Assembly: GCA_964415355.1 (NCBI GenBank)
Contig: CAYPYS010000002.1
Span: 8,048-72,047 of the forward strand
Source: an uncultured Planctomycetia bacterium
GTDB taxonomy: Bacteria; Omnitrophota; Gorgyraeia; Gorgyraeales; Gorgyraeaceae
Direction: 5' to 3'
Length of the DNA: 64,000 bases
Shown piece by piece: positions 29,013-37,717 of this stretch. The position numbers and the translations under genes were made by a program. The first letter of the stretch is position 1. Each line of letters starts with the position of its first letter. The notes under the pieces are model-generated. The model did no database searches. It was not told the origin of the DNA and saw only the letters and a program-made list of their open reading frames with translations.

Positions 29013-29192
29013 CACAAGTTACTCTCTCCGCTCGTAACTTGTTTCAAAGGGGTTTCACCCCTATGACGCTACGCAATGCTCCTCTGCGTCGCATTGCTCC
29101 ATTGTTACCCCTCGAGGGGATGCAGGCATTCCCTCGAGCTCCCCAGTTGCATGGAATTAAAATTCCATGCAATGTTGAAGTGTAAAGTTAGG
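28997..29192. mobile_element. expanded (about 196-bp) structured variant of the palindromic element (MITE-like), copy E1
   Basis: repeat arms at both ends; internal hairpins caagttac/gtaacttg, ggggtttcacccc, gcaatgc/gcattgc, ccctcgag x2, gttgcatggaatt..aattccatgcaa; about 90% identical to copy E2. Confidence 0.7.
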
Positions 29193-29225
29193 CTTTTATT
29201 GACTATTCGCACAAAAAGGTGTAAA

Positions 29226-29777
29226 ATGAATATAATGGATAATAAAGGTATATTGAAACTTTCAATAATGGTCTTGTTTGCCTTGCTTATAGGCACGTAT
29301 GTCATAGGATATTTTATGTATAAAGATTATAGTGAAAAAACCGCGTATTTAAATGACCAGGCCCAGCTTGCCACGGATAGATTTAAGGAGATGGAAGACG
29401 GCATGAGGGATATTGATGTTGTCTTGTCGAACGCGACAGACGAGAACAAGATAGAGATAAGAAAGATGTTGTCACAGTTGGATTCGATGCAGGGGATCCT
29501 TAAAGATTGGGAAACGGAATACAATAAAACTGTTTCAGATCTCAAGGGTGAGATCAGCGATTTAAAAGTCAGCAGGCTCAGGAGGAGAATGGAAAAGCTG
29601 CAGGATGAGATAGATGGTTTCAAGATGGCGATGCAGGATTGGGACCTGAAGATATACGATGACAACAGGGCGTTGACCTATAAAGAAGGCATTGAAGGCG
29701 TGGACCTCGGCAAGATCTCGGTTAAAAAAAAGAGTGACGGCAAGAGAGAGCAGGAACGAGAGACCAAGAAAAAGTAA
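29226..29777 (+). CDS. membrane-anchored coiled-coil protein (unknown)
   Basis: TM helix then heptad-rich region; the upstream portion of the ORF-track call lies in element E1. Confidence 0.4.
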   Translation: MNIMDNKGILKLSIMVLFALLIGTYVIGYFMYKDYSEKTAYLNDQAQLATDRFKEMEDGMRDIDVVLSNATDENKIEIRKMLSQLDSMQGILKDWETEYNKTVSDLKGEISDLKVSRLRRRMEKLQDEIDGFKMAMQDWDLKIYDDNRALTYKEGIEGVDLGKISVKKKSDGKREQERETKKK

Positions 29778-29855
29778 AAACGCGAATTGAGAGCATACTT
29801 ACCTTTTAATATCATCAATCCACAAGTTTTAAAATAAATTAGGCTCTAGGCTTAG

Positions 29856-31388
29856 ATGAGGGATATGGGGAAGTCCGGAGTTACAGGCATAGCGCGGGAT
29901 TATTTTGATTATATGGCGAGGAATTATCCTGTGATGTGCATGAGCGATGAATTTTATTTCTTCCCGAGGGCGAAGAAGGCAATTGAATATCCGGATATCC
30001 TGGATAGCCTTGATGAAGACAAGATCAAGCAGGATGTCTCGCGCATAAAAAGTCTTAAAAGTAGACTCGAAAAAATAAACCTTCCTGGTACAGACATCGA
30101 AGCGCATATCGATTTTTCTCTCCTCAAACAAAGCATGTCGACATTTTTAAGGGAATTCGGCCAGGTCAAGATATGGCAGACAGATCCTAGTATTTACTTG
30201 AAGATTTCCCTTTTGGGTTGTTGTCTATCAATCAAAAGAATTTCTCAAATACCGCGCTTACTGCAAGAGGGAAAGAGGAATTTAAAAAATGTTCCCGCGG
30301 CCTACCTTGAAGTTGCCAGAGAAATGACAGATGCTTCAATAGCATACCTAGGTTTTGTTGATTTTTCTGGCATAGAGACCAGGTCGATAAAAAAGGCAAT
30401 AGAGGCATTGGAGGAGTTTAAAAGATTTTTGATAAAAATGCCTTCGAGAGACATTATTATTAAAGATAAGAGTCTTATAGAAAGCATATTGAGGGATTCT
30501 TTTTCTTGCGATAAGGATCTTAATGAGATCTTTGAGATAGCATACGAAGAATATCGCAGGACGCTCGAAGAATTAAAGGATGTTGCGGGTAGCGTGAAGG
30601 CTGGGGCGGGATGGAAAAATATACTCTCCGAACACAATATGACTGCAAAGACGCCTGAAGCGCTGTTGACTATGTATACTGATGAAATAAAAAAATTAAA
30701 GGGATTTATTAAAGAAAAAGATGTGATCACTATCCCTGAGATGCAGGACATAGCCGTTGAGTTTACCCCTAAATTTCTGAGGCCTATAAGGGCTTCGGCG
30801 TCCTATAGATCTCCGGTCACAGGGGACAGGCGCGAAGCCGCTTATTTTTACATAACAGCTGATTTCAGCAACGTACACAATGAGTACATATTTGTAAGTG
30901 CGCATGAGACATATCCAGGGCATCACTTATTGGATTCTATAAGACGAGGCATGGAGAACCCTGTCAGGCAGCAGGTCGAATCTCCTTTGTTTTACGAAGG
31001 CTGGGCTTCTTATAGCGAAAGGCTTATTGATAGATTAGGGTATATAAAGGATCCTGTGCATAAGTTATTGGGATTAAAACGCCAGGCGTGGAGGGCTGTA
31101 AGGGCAATGCTGGATGTTGGCATCAGGATCGATAAATTAAAATTTAAAGAGGCTGAGGGCCTGCTTATAGATTTAGGCTATGAACCAAAGATAGCCAGGT
31201 TTATGTTCAGGCATTACGCGCTTTCGCCGGGATATCAGCTGTGCTATACTGTTGGTAAATTCGAGATCGACAGGTTAAGGCAGAAATTTTCTTCTAAGCT
31301 GGGCCTGAAAGGATTTCACGATCTACTTTTGCAGGGCGGCGAGGCTCCGTTCGAGTTGATCGAAAAGAGATTAGAAAGACAAAGTTAG
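29856..31388 (+). CDS. DUF885-family protein (putative metallopeptidase)
   Basis: HETYPGHH motif typical of DUF885. Confidence 0.5.
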   Translation: MRDMGKSGVTGIARDYFDYMARNYPVMCMSDEFYFFPRAKKAIEYPDILDSLDEDKIKQDVSRIKSLKSRLEKINLPGTDIEAHIDFSLLKQSMSTFLREFGQVKIWQTDPSIYLKISLLGCCLSIKRISQIPRLLQEGKRNLKNVPAAYLEVAREMTDASIAYLGFVDFSGIETRSIKKAIEALEEFKRFLIKMPSRDIIIKDKSLIESILRDSFSCDKDLNEIFEIAYEEYRRTLEELKDVAGSVKAGAGWKNILSEHNMTAKTPEALLTMYTDEIKKLKGFIKEKDVITIPEMQDIAVEFTPKFLRPIRASASYRSPVTGDRREAAYFYITADFSNVHNEYIFVSAHETYPGHHLLDSIRRGMENPVRQQVESPLFYEGWASYSERLIDRLGYIKDPVHKLLGLKRQAWRAVRAMLDVGIRIDKLKFKEAEGLLIDLGYEPKIARFMFRHYALSPGYQLCYTVGKFEIDRLRQKFSSKLGLKGFHDLLLQGGEAPFELIEKRLERQS

Positions 31389-31428
31389 CCTAAGTTTACA
31401 CTTTAACGTTGTTGAAATGTAAAGTTAA
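31389..31428. repeat. palindromic intergenic element copy 15
   Basis: cctaagtttacactttaacgttgttgaaatgtaaagttaacg. Confidence 0.85.
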
Positions 31429-31440
31429 CGAGGTGTAAGA

Positions 31441-32817
31441 ATGACAAAGGAGTTTTTAGGGTATCACTCTGAATGGAATCTGGGCAGCCCCGGTGGCTGG
31501 GATTACCAGAAAATGGCCCAGGAGATCGGCAAGATCGCATGGGCGAGGATAAAAAAGAACAGCGGCGTGGATGTCGAGCTGGATTTCGATGACCCGATAT
31601 TAAACCCTGTGCCAAATTTTGCAGAGCTTCTTATGAGGGCGCATCAGAGGAATTTTCCCAAAGAAGACGCTTTTATTGCTATTGTGGCGGAGAAAGAGAC
31701 ACTGGATAAAGTAGGAGAAAATATAAGATTTACCGGGTATCTCAACAGCCTTCCGGGCGTCAAGGCGGTTTTGGTCGACCCGACCAGATTAGAACTGAAA
31801 GATGGCAAGGTTTGCGTCGGTGGGGATAGGTTGACAGCTGTTTTTTTGGATTTTAACAACAATGTCATTGTGAGGTTGAAAAAAACGCATAATATCAATG
31901 GGCTTCTGTCAGCTATAGAGCAGGACTTGGTCACGAATCCAAGAGGCATGGAGCCTGTAGGTGCAAAAGGCGTCTTTGAGATAGTGACTTCAGAGTATAA
32001 AGACAAGCTGTCAGATACGACTGTCAGTAGGACGCCGTGGACAAGGCAGTTTTATAAGCGCGCTACGATAGGGCCTGATGGCAAAGATATCCCTGATCTA
32101 GTGAAATGGGTCAAGGATAATTGGGCTGAAATTATATTAAAACCAGTCCACGGCTATTCCGGAAAAGGCATTATTATAGGACACAAGGAACCTGATAAAG
32201 AAGCAGCCTGTGAGCGCGCGCTAAAAGCCGGCGATTACATTGTGCAGCCACTTGTGCCTATGGATCTGTGGGCTGAGGAATTTCCGTGGATAGACAGAGA
32301 CAAGAAAAGACTTTTTATAAAGCGCTGGCAGACTGATTTTCGCTGCTTTATAACAGATGTCGGGCTCATCGGTTTTGTGACAAGATTCGGCGGGATTCCT
32401 ACGAATGTCGGCTGTGGCGGAGGCGTCCAGAGCAGCGCGATACTGCGCTCTAAGATATCCATAAAAGATGCGGTCAAAAGGGTCAATGAGGCGATTTTGA
32501 ATCTTGGGTTTGATTTTGCCTTGGAGCTGCAGCAGGAGATGGACAAGAGATCCGTAGAGATAGGCAATGTTTATTTGCTAGGGCCTTTGATGAACACATT
32601 AAGGCCGCGTATTATTAATGAGGCGCATGTTGGGCAATTAAAAGAATACGCTCAAAATCTATGGAAGGACGCATTGGTTTTAGAGAAATTATGGATAGAA
32701 GGCAAACTTACTAAGTATGCGCAGATCAGCAAAGCAGAGGAGGACATAGCAAAGCTGGCCTCGTGGAGGGGCAAGCCGGCTTTGCTAGCCTCGGATGGCT
32801 TATTCGGCTTTATCTAA
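31441..32817 (+). CDS. ATP-grasp-fold protein (RimK/glutathionylspermidine-synthase-like), function unknown
   Basis: KPVHGYSGKGI and DFRCFITDVG...GGIPTNVGCGGG resemble ATP-grasp motifs. Confidence 0.4.
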   Translation: MTKEFLGYHSEWNLGSPGGWDYQKMAQEIGKIAWARIKKNSGVDVELDFDDPILNPVPNFAELLMRAHQRNFPKEDAFIAIVAEKETLDKVGENIRFTGYLNSLPGVKAVLVDPTRLELKDGKVCVGGDRLTAVFLDFNNNVIVRLKKTHNINGLLSAIEQDLVTNPRGMEPVGAKGVFEIVTSEYKDKLSDTTVSRTPWTRQFYKRATIGPDGKDIPDLVKWVKDNWAEIILKPVHGYSGKGIIIGHKEPDKEAACERALKAGDYIVQPLVPMDLWAEEFPWIDRDKKRLFIKRWQTDFRCFITDVGLIGFVTRFGGIPTNVGCGGGVQSSAILRSKISIKDAVKRVNEAILNLGFDFALELQQEMDKRSVEIGNVYLLGPLMNTLRPRIINEAHVGQLKEYAQNLWKDALVLEKLWIEGKLTKYAQISKAEEDIAKLASWRGKPALLASDGLFGFI

Positions 32818-32853
32818 CTTTACATTTCAACAATGTTAAAGTGTAAAGTTAGG
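32815..32853. repeat. palindromic intergenic element copy 16
   Basis: taactttacatttcaacaatgttaaagtgtaaagttaggg. Confidence 0.85.
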
Positions 32854-32860
32854 GAGGGGT

Positions 32861-33625
32861 ATGAAGGACTGGTGGAAGAAGTTTTTTAATGAGATATATC
32901 TGATCACAGATTCCAGGAGTGTCTGCGATAATGATTTGACGCGCAGGGAAACGGAATTACTGGAAAACATCCTGAAGCTGAACAAGAACGATAGAATTCT
33001 AGATCTCTGCGGGGGGCACGGAAGGCATTCTTTGGAATTAGTGAAGCGAGGTTATAGCGATCTGACGGTACTGGATTTTTCAGATTATCTCATAAGGTTA
33101 GGCAAGAAAATGGCAAAAGAGGCGCGCTGCAAAGTAAAATTTGTGCGTCGCGACGCGCGCTTCAGCGGGCTAAAATCAGACGATTACTCCGCGATATTCA
33201 TAATGGCCAATTCATTCGGTTATTTTCCGGACGAGAAAGAAAATAGCCGTATTTTAAAAGAGGTTCATAGATTATTAAAAAAAGGAGGCAGGTTATTATT
33301 GGACATAGTCGATCCCAGCCATGTAAAAAATAACCTTAAGTCTATTTCCTGGCACGAGGCTAATAGTGACGTGTTGGTGTGTCGGCAGAGGCAGCTCGAA
33401 GGTGATATTGTAAAAGCCAGAGAAATAGTGCTATCGAAAAAAAGGGGGCTTTTGAGAGACGGTTTTTATTGCGAAAGGATTTATAATAAGGATACAATCG
33501 CGCGTCTTTTAAAAACCGCCGGTTTTAGCGCGGTTTCCGTAAAAAAAGGAGTGTCTTTACATAGGCAGAAGAGAGACTATGGTTTTCTGACATCCAGGAT
33601 GTTTGTAACAGCGGTTAAAAAATAA
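32861..33625 (+). CDS. class I SAM-dependent methyltransferase
   Basis: motif I ILDLCGGHGRH. Confidence 0.65.
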   Translation: MKDWWKKFFNEIYLITDSRSVCDNDLTRRETELLENILKLNKNDRILDLCGGHGRHSLELVKRGYSDLTVLDFSDYLIRLGKKMAKEARCKVKFVRRDARFSGLKSDDYSAIFIMANSFGYFPDEKENSRILKEVHRLLKKGGRLLLDIVDPSHVKNNLKSISWHEANSDVLVCRQRQLEGDIVKAREIVLSKKRGLLRDGFYCERIYNKDTIARLLKTAGFSAVSVKKGVSLHRQKRDYGFLTSRMFVTAVKK

Positions 33626-33635
33626 GGAGTCAGAC

Positions 33636-34313
33636 ATGAAGCTATGCAAGGTTTTTATTTTTGCGATATTTTTAATAAGCTTCGCGCTTAGCGGTCGCGC
33701 GACGGCTGGCGAGAACAAATGGGTTGATCTAGTAGAGGAATGCGGCAAGGTTCTGGGCGAGATACAGAAGATGCCTGACCAGAGCATCCCGGAAGATCTT
33801 ATTTTTAAATGTGAGGCTATTGCTATTTTCCCGAATACAATATCTGCTGGCTTGGGCATTGGCGGTAAATATGGCCAGGGCGTAATCATGGTGCGCAATA
33901 AAAGCGGTTCTGGTTGGTCGAGCCCAGCTATCTTCACTCTGGCAGGAGGGAGCCTTGGTTGGCAGATAGGAGGTCAGGCAACAGATATAGTCCTCCTTAT
34001 AATGAACAGACGTAGCGTAGACGGGATATTGCAGGGTAAATTCAAACTTGGCGCAGATGCTGGCGTGTCAGCAGGGCCTGTTGGCAGGAATGCCGAGGCA
34101 TCGACAGATGCGCAGTTAAGAGGCGGGATTCTTTCTTACTCCAGGAGCAGGGGGTTGTTTGCCGGAGTCAAACTAGAAGGAGCTGTTATTAAAGAGCACA
34201 AGGACGGCAATGCTACTCTTTACGGCCAGGCCTTGTCAGCAGACGAGATCTTGATTCGGGGCAAAGGTAGCATGCCTAAAGAGGCAGGCCAGATCGTGAG
34301 GATTTTAAGATAG
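33636..34313 (+). CDS. SYLF (Ysc84/DUF500) domain lipid-binding protein, secreted
   Basis: signal peptide; LSYSRSRGLFAGVKLEGAVI SYLF signature. Confidence 0.6.
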   Translation: MKLCKVFIFAIFLISFALSGRATAGENKWVDLVEECGKVLGEIQKMPDQSIPEDLIFKCEAIAIFPNTISAGLGIGGKYGQGVIMVRNKSGSGWSSPAIFTLAGGSLGWQIGGQATDIVLLIMNRRSVDGILQGKFKLGADAGVSAGPVGRNAEASTDAQLRGGILSYSRSRGLFAGVKLEGAVIKEHKDGNATLYGQALSADEILIRGKGSMPKEAGQIVRILR

Positions 34314-34324
34314 CGCTTCCCTGT

Positions 34325-34361
34325 TAAGTATACATTTCAACAATGTTAAAATGTATACTTA
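34325..34361. repeat. palindromic intergenic element copy 17 (gtatac variant)
   Basis: taagtatacatttcaacaatgttaaaatgtatactta. Confidence 0.8.
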
Positions 34362-34401
34362 TGAGGTGCGGTTGTAGGCTGAAAATGTGAAATTGTGCAA
34401 T

Positions 34402-34429
34402 TTGACTATTTCGCAAAATATGGTATACT
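34402..34429 (+). promoter_or_regulatory. promoter TTGACT-16/17-TATACT driving second GEMM leader
   Basis: hexamers read directly. Confidence 0.55.
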
Positions 34430-34451
34430 TATAGTAGACAATTAAATAAGT

Positions 34452-34545
34452 GCTCCGTAAAAGGGCAACTTATCTGAAAGGGTAAGGCGCAAAGCCAGGT
34501 GCCTAAAGCCGCATGAAGCGGACAAGGTCGACCAGCTGCCGTAGA
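34452..34545 (+). promoter_or_regulatory. c-di-GMP-I (GEMM) riboswitch aptamer no. 2
   Basis: GGGCAACUUAUCUGAAAGGGUAAGGCGCAAAGCCAGGUGCCUAAAGCCGC matches the GEMM core; GNRA hairpin. Confidence 0.7.
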
Positions 34546-34555
34546 GAAGATATTG

Positions 34556-34609
34556 AGCCTTATCCTTTCAGACGGCTATCTAGCTTGAAAGAATAAGGCG
34601 TTTTTTTTG
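34556..34609 (+). terminator. intrinsic terminator of riboswitch expression platform (gccttatcctttc...gaaagaataaggc plus T8)
   Basis: 13-bp stem plus T8. Confidence 0.7.
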
Positions 34610-34635
34610 AAATAAATAAAAGGGAGTGATGAGTC

Positions 34636-35268
34636 ATGGTAGGCAAGACTAATAATAATGGTAATGGCGGGTTAAAGGCAGGCCGCGTGGTAGTAAATCT
34701 CACCCGCGAAGAGCTCGAATTCATAGACAATATAGGCAGGGATGCCTTGTTTACTACAGGGAAACGCCTGACCAATAATAAGATTATCTGTGCCTTTATC
34801 AGTGTTATGAGAGAGATAAAGATAAAGGGTGATGGTTTGTATAATGCCAAGGAGCTGAAAAATAGGATACTTGTGAAATTAAGAATAAAGGAAGAACAGA
34901 GGATATATCCTAGATTTAAAAAAGAAGTGACGGTTTCATGGCGCAAGGCGTCATCGGACGAGAAGCATGAAGAAGGCCTTGCATCTGATATATGTGAAGG
35001 CGGATTTAGGATAGAGTTAAAAGAAGAGAGAAAAATCGGAGAACTTCTTGAATTTGCGATAAATGACCCTGACGAGCCATACAGCCCTATTACGCTATTT
35101 GGTCATATCTGCTGGATAAAAAAACGAGACGAAGATAGCGGATTAGAGGCAGGCATTAAAATAACCGAGCTCGCCGAGAAAGACAGGCCTAGATTTAGCA
35201 GGCTGCTTTACAAGGAATTTTACCCTGGTTTTTATTCTACCAAAAGAAAAGACCTCTCTAAGAAATAA
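34636..35268 (+). CDS. PilZ-domain c-di-GMP receptor protein
   Basis: RIYPR (RxxxR) and DICEGGFRI (DxSxGG) PilZ motifs. Confidence 0.55.
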   Translation: MVGKTNNNGNGGLKAGRVVVNLTREELEFIDNIGRDALFTTGKRLTNNKIICAFISVMREIKIKGDGLYNAKELKNRILVKLRIKEEQRIYPRFKKEVTVSWRKASSDEKHEEGLASDICEGGFRIELKEERKIGELLEFAINDPDEPYSPITLFGHICWIKKRDEDSGLEAGIKITELAEKDRPRFSRLLYKEFYPGFYSTKRKDLSKK

Positions 35269-35290
35269 ATCTCTTTTGATTTTACCCCGC

Positions 35291-35329
35291 TAACTTTACA
35301 ATTTAACGTTGTTGAAATGTAAAGTTAGG
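35291..35329. repeat. palindromic intergenic element copy 18
   Basis: taactttacaatttaacgttgttgaaatgtaaagttaggc. Confidence 0.85.
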
Positions 35330-35368
35330 CGTTGTCTTTGCTCTCCCCGTGTGCTAATATAATGAAAT

Positions 35369-35785
35369 ATGAAGACGTGCACAGAGTACCTGACGTTTAA
35401 TACAAAAAATCGATACGAGATTATAAATATCACTCCTCATGTTGAGCAGGCCCTCAGAAAGAGCAAGGTAAAAGAGGGCCTTTGCCTTGTAAACAGTATG
35501 CATATTACATCCAGTATTTTTATCAATGATAACGAAAGCGGGCTGCACCAGGATTTTATGGAGTGGGTCGAAAAGCTCGCACCTTACAATGTAAAAAAAT
35601 ACAAACACAATCTGACTGGCGAAGATAATGCTGACGCGCACTTAAAAAGGACTCTGATGGGAAGAGAGGTCGTGGTTGCCGTCACTGGCGGCGAGCTTGA
35701 TTTTGGGCCATGGGAGCAGATATTCTATGGCGAATTCGACGGCCAGCGCGACAAAAGGATCCTTGTAAAGATTATAGGCGAATAA
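35369..35785 (+). CDS. YjbQ/UPF0047 family protein
   Basis: conserved YjbQ motifs ([12 protein letters not shown]..., [22 protein letters not shown]). Confidence 0.7.
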   Translation: MKTCTEYLTFNTKNRYEIINITPHVEQALRKSKVKEGLCLVNSMHITSSIFINDNESGLHQDFMEWVEKLAPYNVKKYKHNLTGEDNADAHLKRTLMGREVVVAVTGGELDFGPWEQIFYGEFDGQRDKRILVKIIGE

Positions 35786-35795
35786 GGAGGTACTC

Positions 35796-36212
35796 GTGGT
35801 GAAGAATTTGGTGAGGACAAAAGAAATCAGTGTAGGGCTTAGAAATGAAGTCGGCGTATTGGCGCGCATGATGTCATTTTTAGTCAATCACGGGATAAAC
35901 GTAGAGGCGATAGCAGGGTATTCTGACAGGACCGGCACGCAAGGCAGCCTTATATTTATAACCAATAACAATCGAAAAACTATCGCTGAATTGATAAATA
36001 ACGGGTATGATGATATCGAGGAAAGAGACGTAATCGTCGCAGAGCTTGAGAATAAACCAGGGACACTGAAGAATCTTTCCGAGCTCCTTGCCTCTAACGG
36101 CGTGAATATAGAATATATGTATTGTACGACCTGTTCAGGCGGCTGTGCGGCCAAGATAGTATTCGCTGCTTCGAATAATGACGTGGCGTTCGGGCTTCTG
36201 AATTCGAAATAG
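35796..36212 (+). CDS. tandem ACT-domain protein
   Basis: two beta-alpha-beta-beta-alpha-beta-like regulatory repeats. Confidence 0.45.
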   Translation: MVKNLVRTKEISVGLRNEVGVLARMMSFLVNHGINVEAIAGYSDRTGTQGSLIFITNNNRKTIAELINNGYDDIEERDVIVAELENKPGTLKNLSELLASNGVNIEYMYCTTCSGGCAAKIVFAASNNDVAFGLLNSK

Positions 36213-36252
36213 AAATAAAAACACGGGTTAAAAACCAGAAGGAGGGATTATT

Positions 36253-36363
36253 ATGAGTTGGGGATTATTTGGACAGATAGTGTTATTGATAGTGATCCAT
36301 TCATTTGCGAAGTGCTTTGTAAGGTGCATGCACGATACTCTTTGCAAGGTCTGCAAGAAATAA
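36253..36363 (+). CDS. 36-aa Cys-rich hydrophobic peptide (speculative)
   Basis: RBS aggaggg; MSWGLFGQIVLLIVIHSFAKCFVRCMHDTLCKVCKK. Confidence 0.2.
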   Translation: MSWGLFGQIVLLIVIHSFAKCFVRCMHDTLCKVCKK

Positions 36364-36401
36364 CCAGGAAGGCTGAGGCAGAAAACAGAAAGGGAGCGCA
36401 G

Positions 36402-36441
36402 CCTAAGTTTACACTTTAACGTTGTTGAAATGTAAAGTTAG
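36402..36441. repeat. palindromic intergenic element copy 19
   Basis: gcctaagtttacactttaacgttgttgaaatgtaaagttag. Confidence 0.85.
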
Positions 36442-36486
36442 AGAGCTTTCTGCTTACAAAGCGAAGATCGACGCTGGGGAGGCGTT

Positions 36487-37017
36487 ATGCAGGACCAGGG
36501 ATTAAAAGAAACACTTAAAAAGGCGCTGGAGATGGAGGAAAAGGGTTACCGTTTCTACAGAGATTCTTCGAATAAGATAGAAAATGAGATAACGAAAAAG
36601 ACCTTTAAGTTTCTAGCTAATAATGAGCTCTTGCATATAAAGAGCATCAAGGATTTTTACGAGACCCTGGTGAAAAGCGGAGAATTCCCAAAGCTAGCTA
36701 TTGATAAGTTAAGAGACAAGAGAATAGAGGAGCTGAGTATATTTTCAAAGAATATCAATGAGTTAAAGGAGAAAATAAAGCCAAGCGACAGTGACAAGGA
36801 AGCGTGTGAGTTTGCGATAGATTTTGAAAATGCAGGCTACGCTTACTACGAGAAAATGCTAAAAGAGGCGAAGGATGACAATCTGAAGAGGCTTTTGGAA
36901 TTTTTGCTGGGAGAGGAAAAGAAGCACTGTGAGGCTATTATGACATTGCATTCGTTTATAACGGACTCAGCCAACTGGTACATGTATGAAGAAGGGTCTT
37001 TTCCCCAGGGAGGGTAG
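36487..37017 (+). CDS. ferritin-like / rubrerythrin-like di-iron four-helix-bundle protein
   Basis: two E..(H) helix pairs (NELLH, EEKKH). Confidence 0.45.
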   Translation: MQDQGLKETLKKALEMEEKGYRFYRDSSNKIENEITKKTFKFLANNELLHIKSIKDFYETLVKSGEFPKLAIDKLRDKRIEELSIFSKNINELKEKIKPSDSDKEACEFAIDFENAGYAYYEKMLKEAKDDNLKRLLEFLLGEEKKHCEAIMTLHSFITDSANWYMYEEGSFPQGG

Positions 37018-37018
37018 C

Positions 37019-37531
37019 GTGAAAAGCATAGGCAAGGTAACTCTTAAAGGTAATTCCCTCACGCTGGTAGGCGACGGAGGGCGGATCGGAGAAAAAGCGC
37101 CTGAATTCAAGGCGTTAAATAACAGCCTTGAAGAGGTGACCCTCGATAAGTTTAAGAATAAGATCAAGCTGATCGCGTCGGTTCCGTCTTTGGATACGCC
37201 TGTCTGCGACTCGGAAATAAAGAGATTCAATGACGAGGCAGCGGCATTGAGCAAAGACATTGCTATAATTTTTATTTCCATGGATCTTCCTTTTGCGCAG
37301 AAAAGGTTCTGTCAGGATTTTGACATAAGCAAGGTGGAGACCCTCTCTGACCATAGAGATGCTGACTTTGGAGAGAAATACGGGATCCTTATAAAGGAGC
37401 TCAGGCTTTTGGCCAGGGCTATTTTTATCATCGATAAAAAGGACGTGATACGGTATATAGAGCTTGTGCCTGAGGTATCCTCGCCGCCGGATTACGAAAA
37501 GGCATTAAAGGCGTTAAAGGAAAATTTATAG
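37019..37531 (+). CDS. tpx: thiol peroxidase (atypical 2-Cys peroxiredoxin)
   Basis: GTG start after GGAGGG; SVPSLDTPVC catalytic Cys motif. Confidence 0.7.
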   Translation: MKSIGKVTLKGNSLTLVGDGGRIGEKAPEFKALNNSLEEVTLDKFKNKIKLIASVPSLDTPVCDSEIKRFNDEAAALSKDIAIIFISMDLPFAQKRFCQDFDISKVETLSDHRDADFGEKYGILIKELRLLARAIFIIDKKDVIRYIELVPEVSSPPDYEKALKALKENL

Positions 37532-37544
37532 AAAGGGGTCGCGC

Positions 37545-37694
37545 ATGGCTGGATCTACGATACGGGTATTTAAGATGAAGAACCGCAGGGGGTTTGCAGC
37601 GATCTGCTGTGGACATTTGACAGAAGGCCGGACGCGCGAGCAGGCAAAGGACAGGATGCAAAAGGCGTTAAAGAGAAAGAAAAAGAGAATTTAA
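37545..37694 (+). CDS. 49-aa UPF0150/HicB-like small protein (speculative)
   Basis: CCGHLTEGRTREQAKDRMQKAL resembles the HicB/UPF0150 N-terminal motif. Confidence 0.2.
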   Translation: MAGSTIRVFKMKNRRGFAAICCGHLTEGRTREQAKDRMQKALKRKKKRI

Positions 37695-37717
37695 CCTTAC
37701 CAATATTACTACGGATC

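Noticed and set aside
8869-29777. N-terminal extensions MLKCKV... of ORF-track calls 8869, 17188, 22024 and 29076
   Set aside because: They are created by ttgaaatgtaaagtt inside the palindromic element. The true starts are the downstream Met codons (8905, 17248, 22054, 29226).
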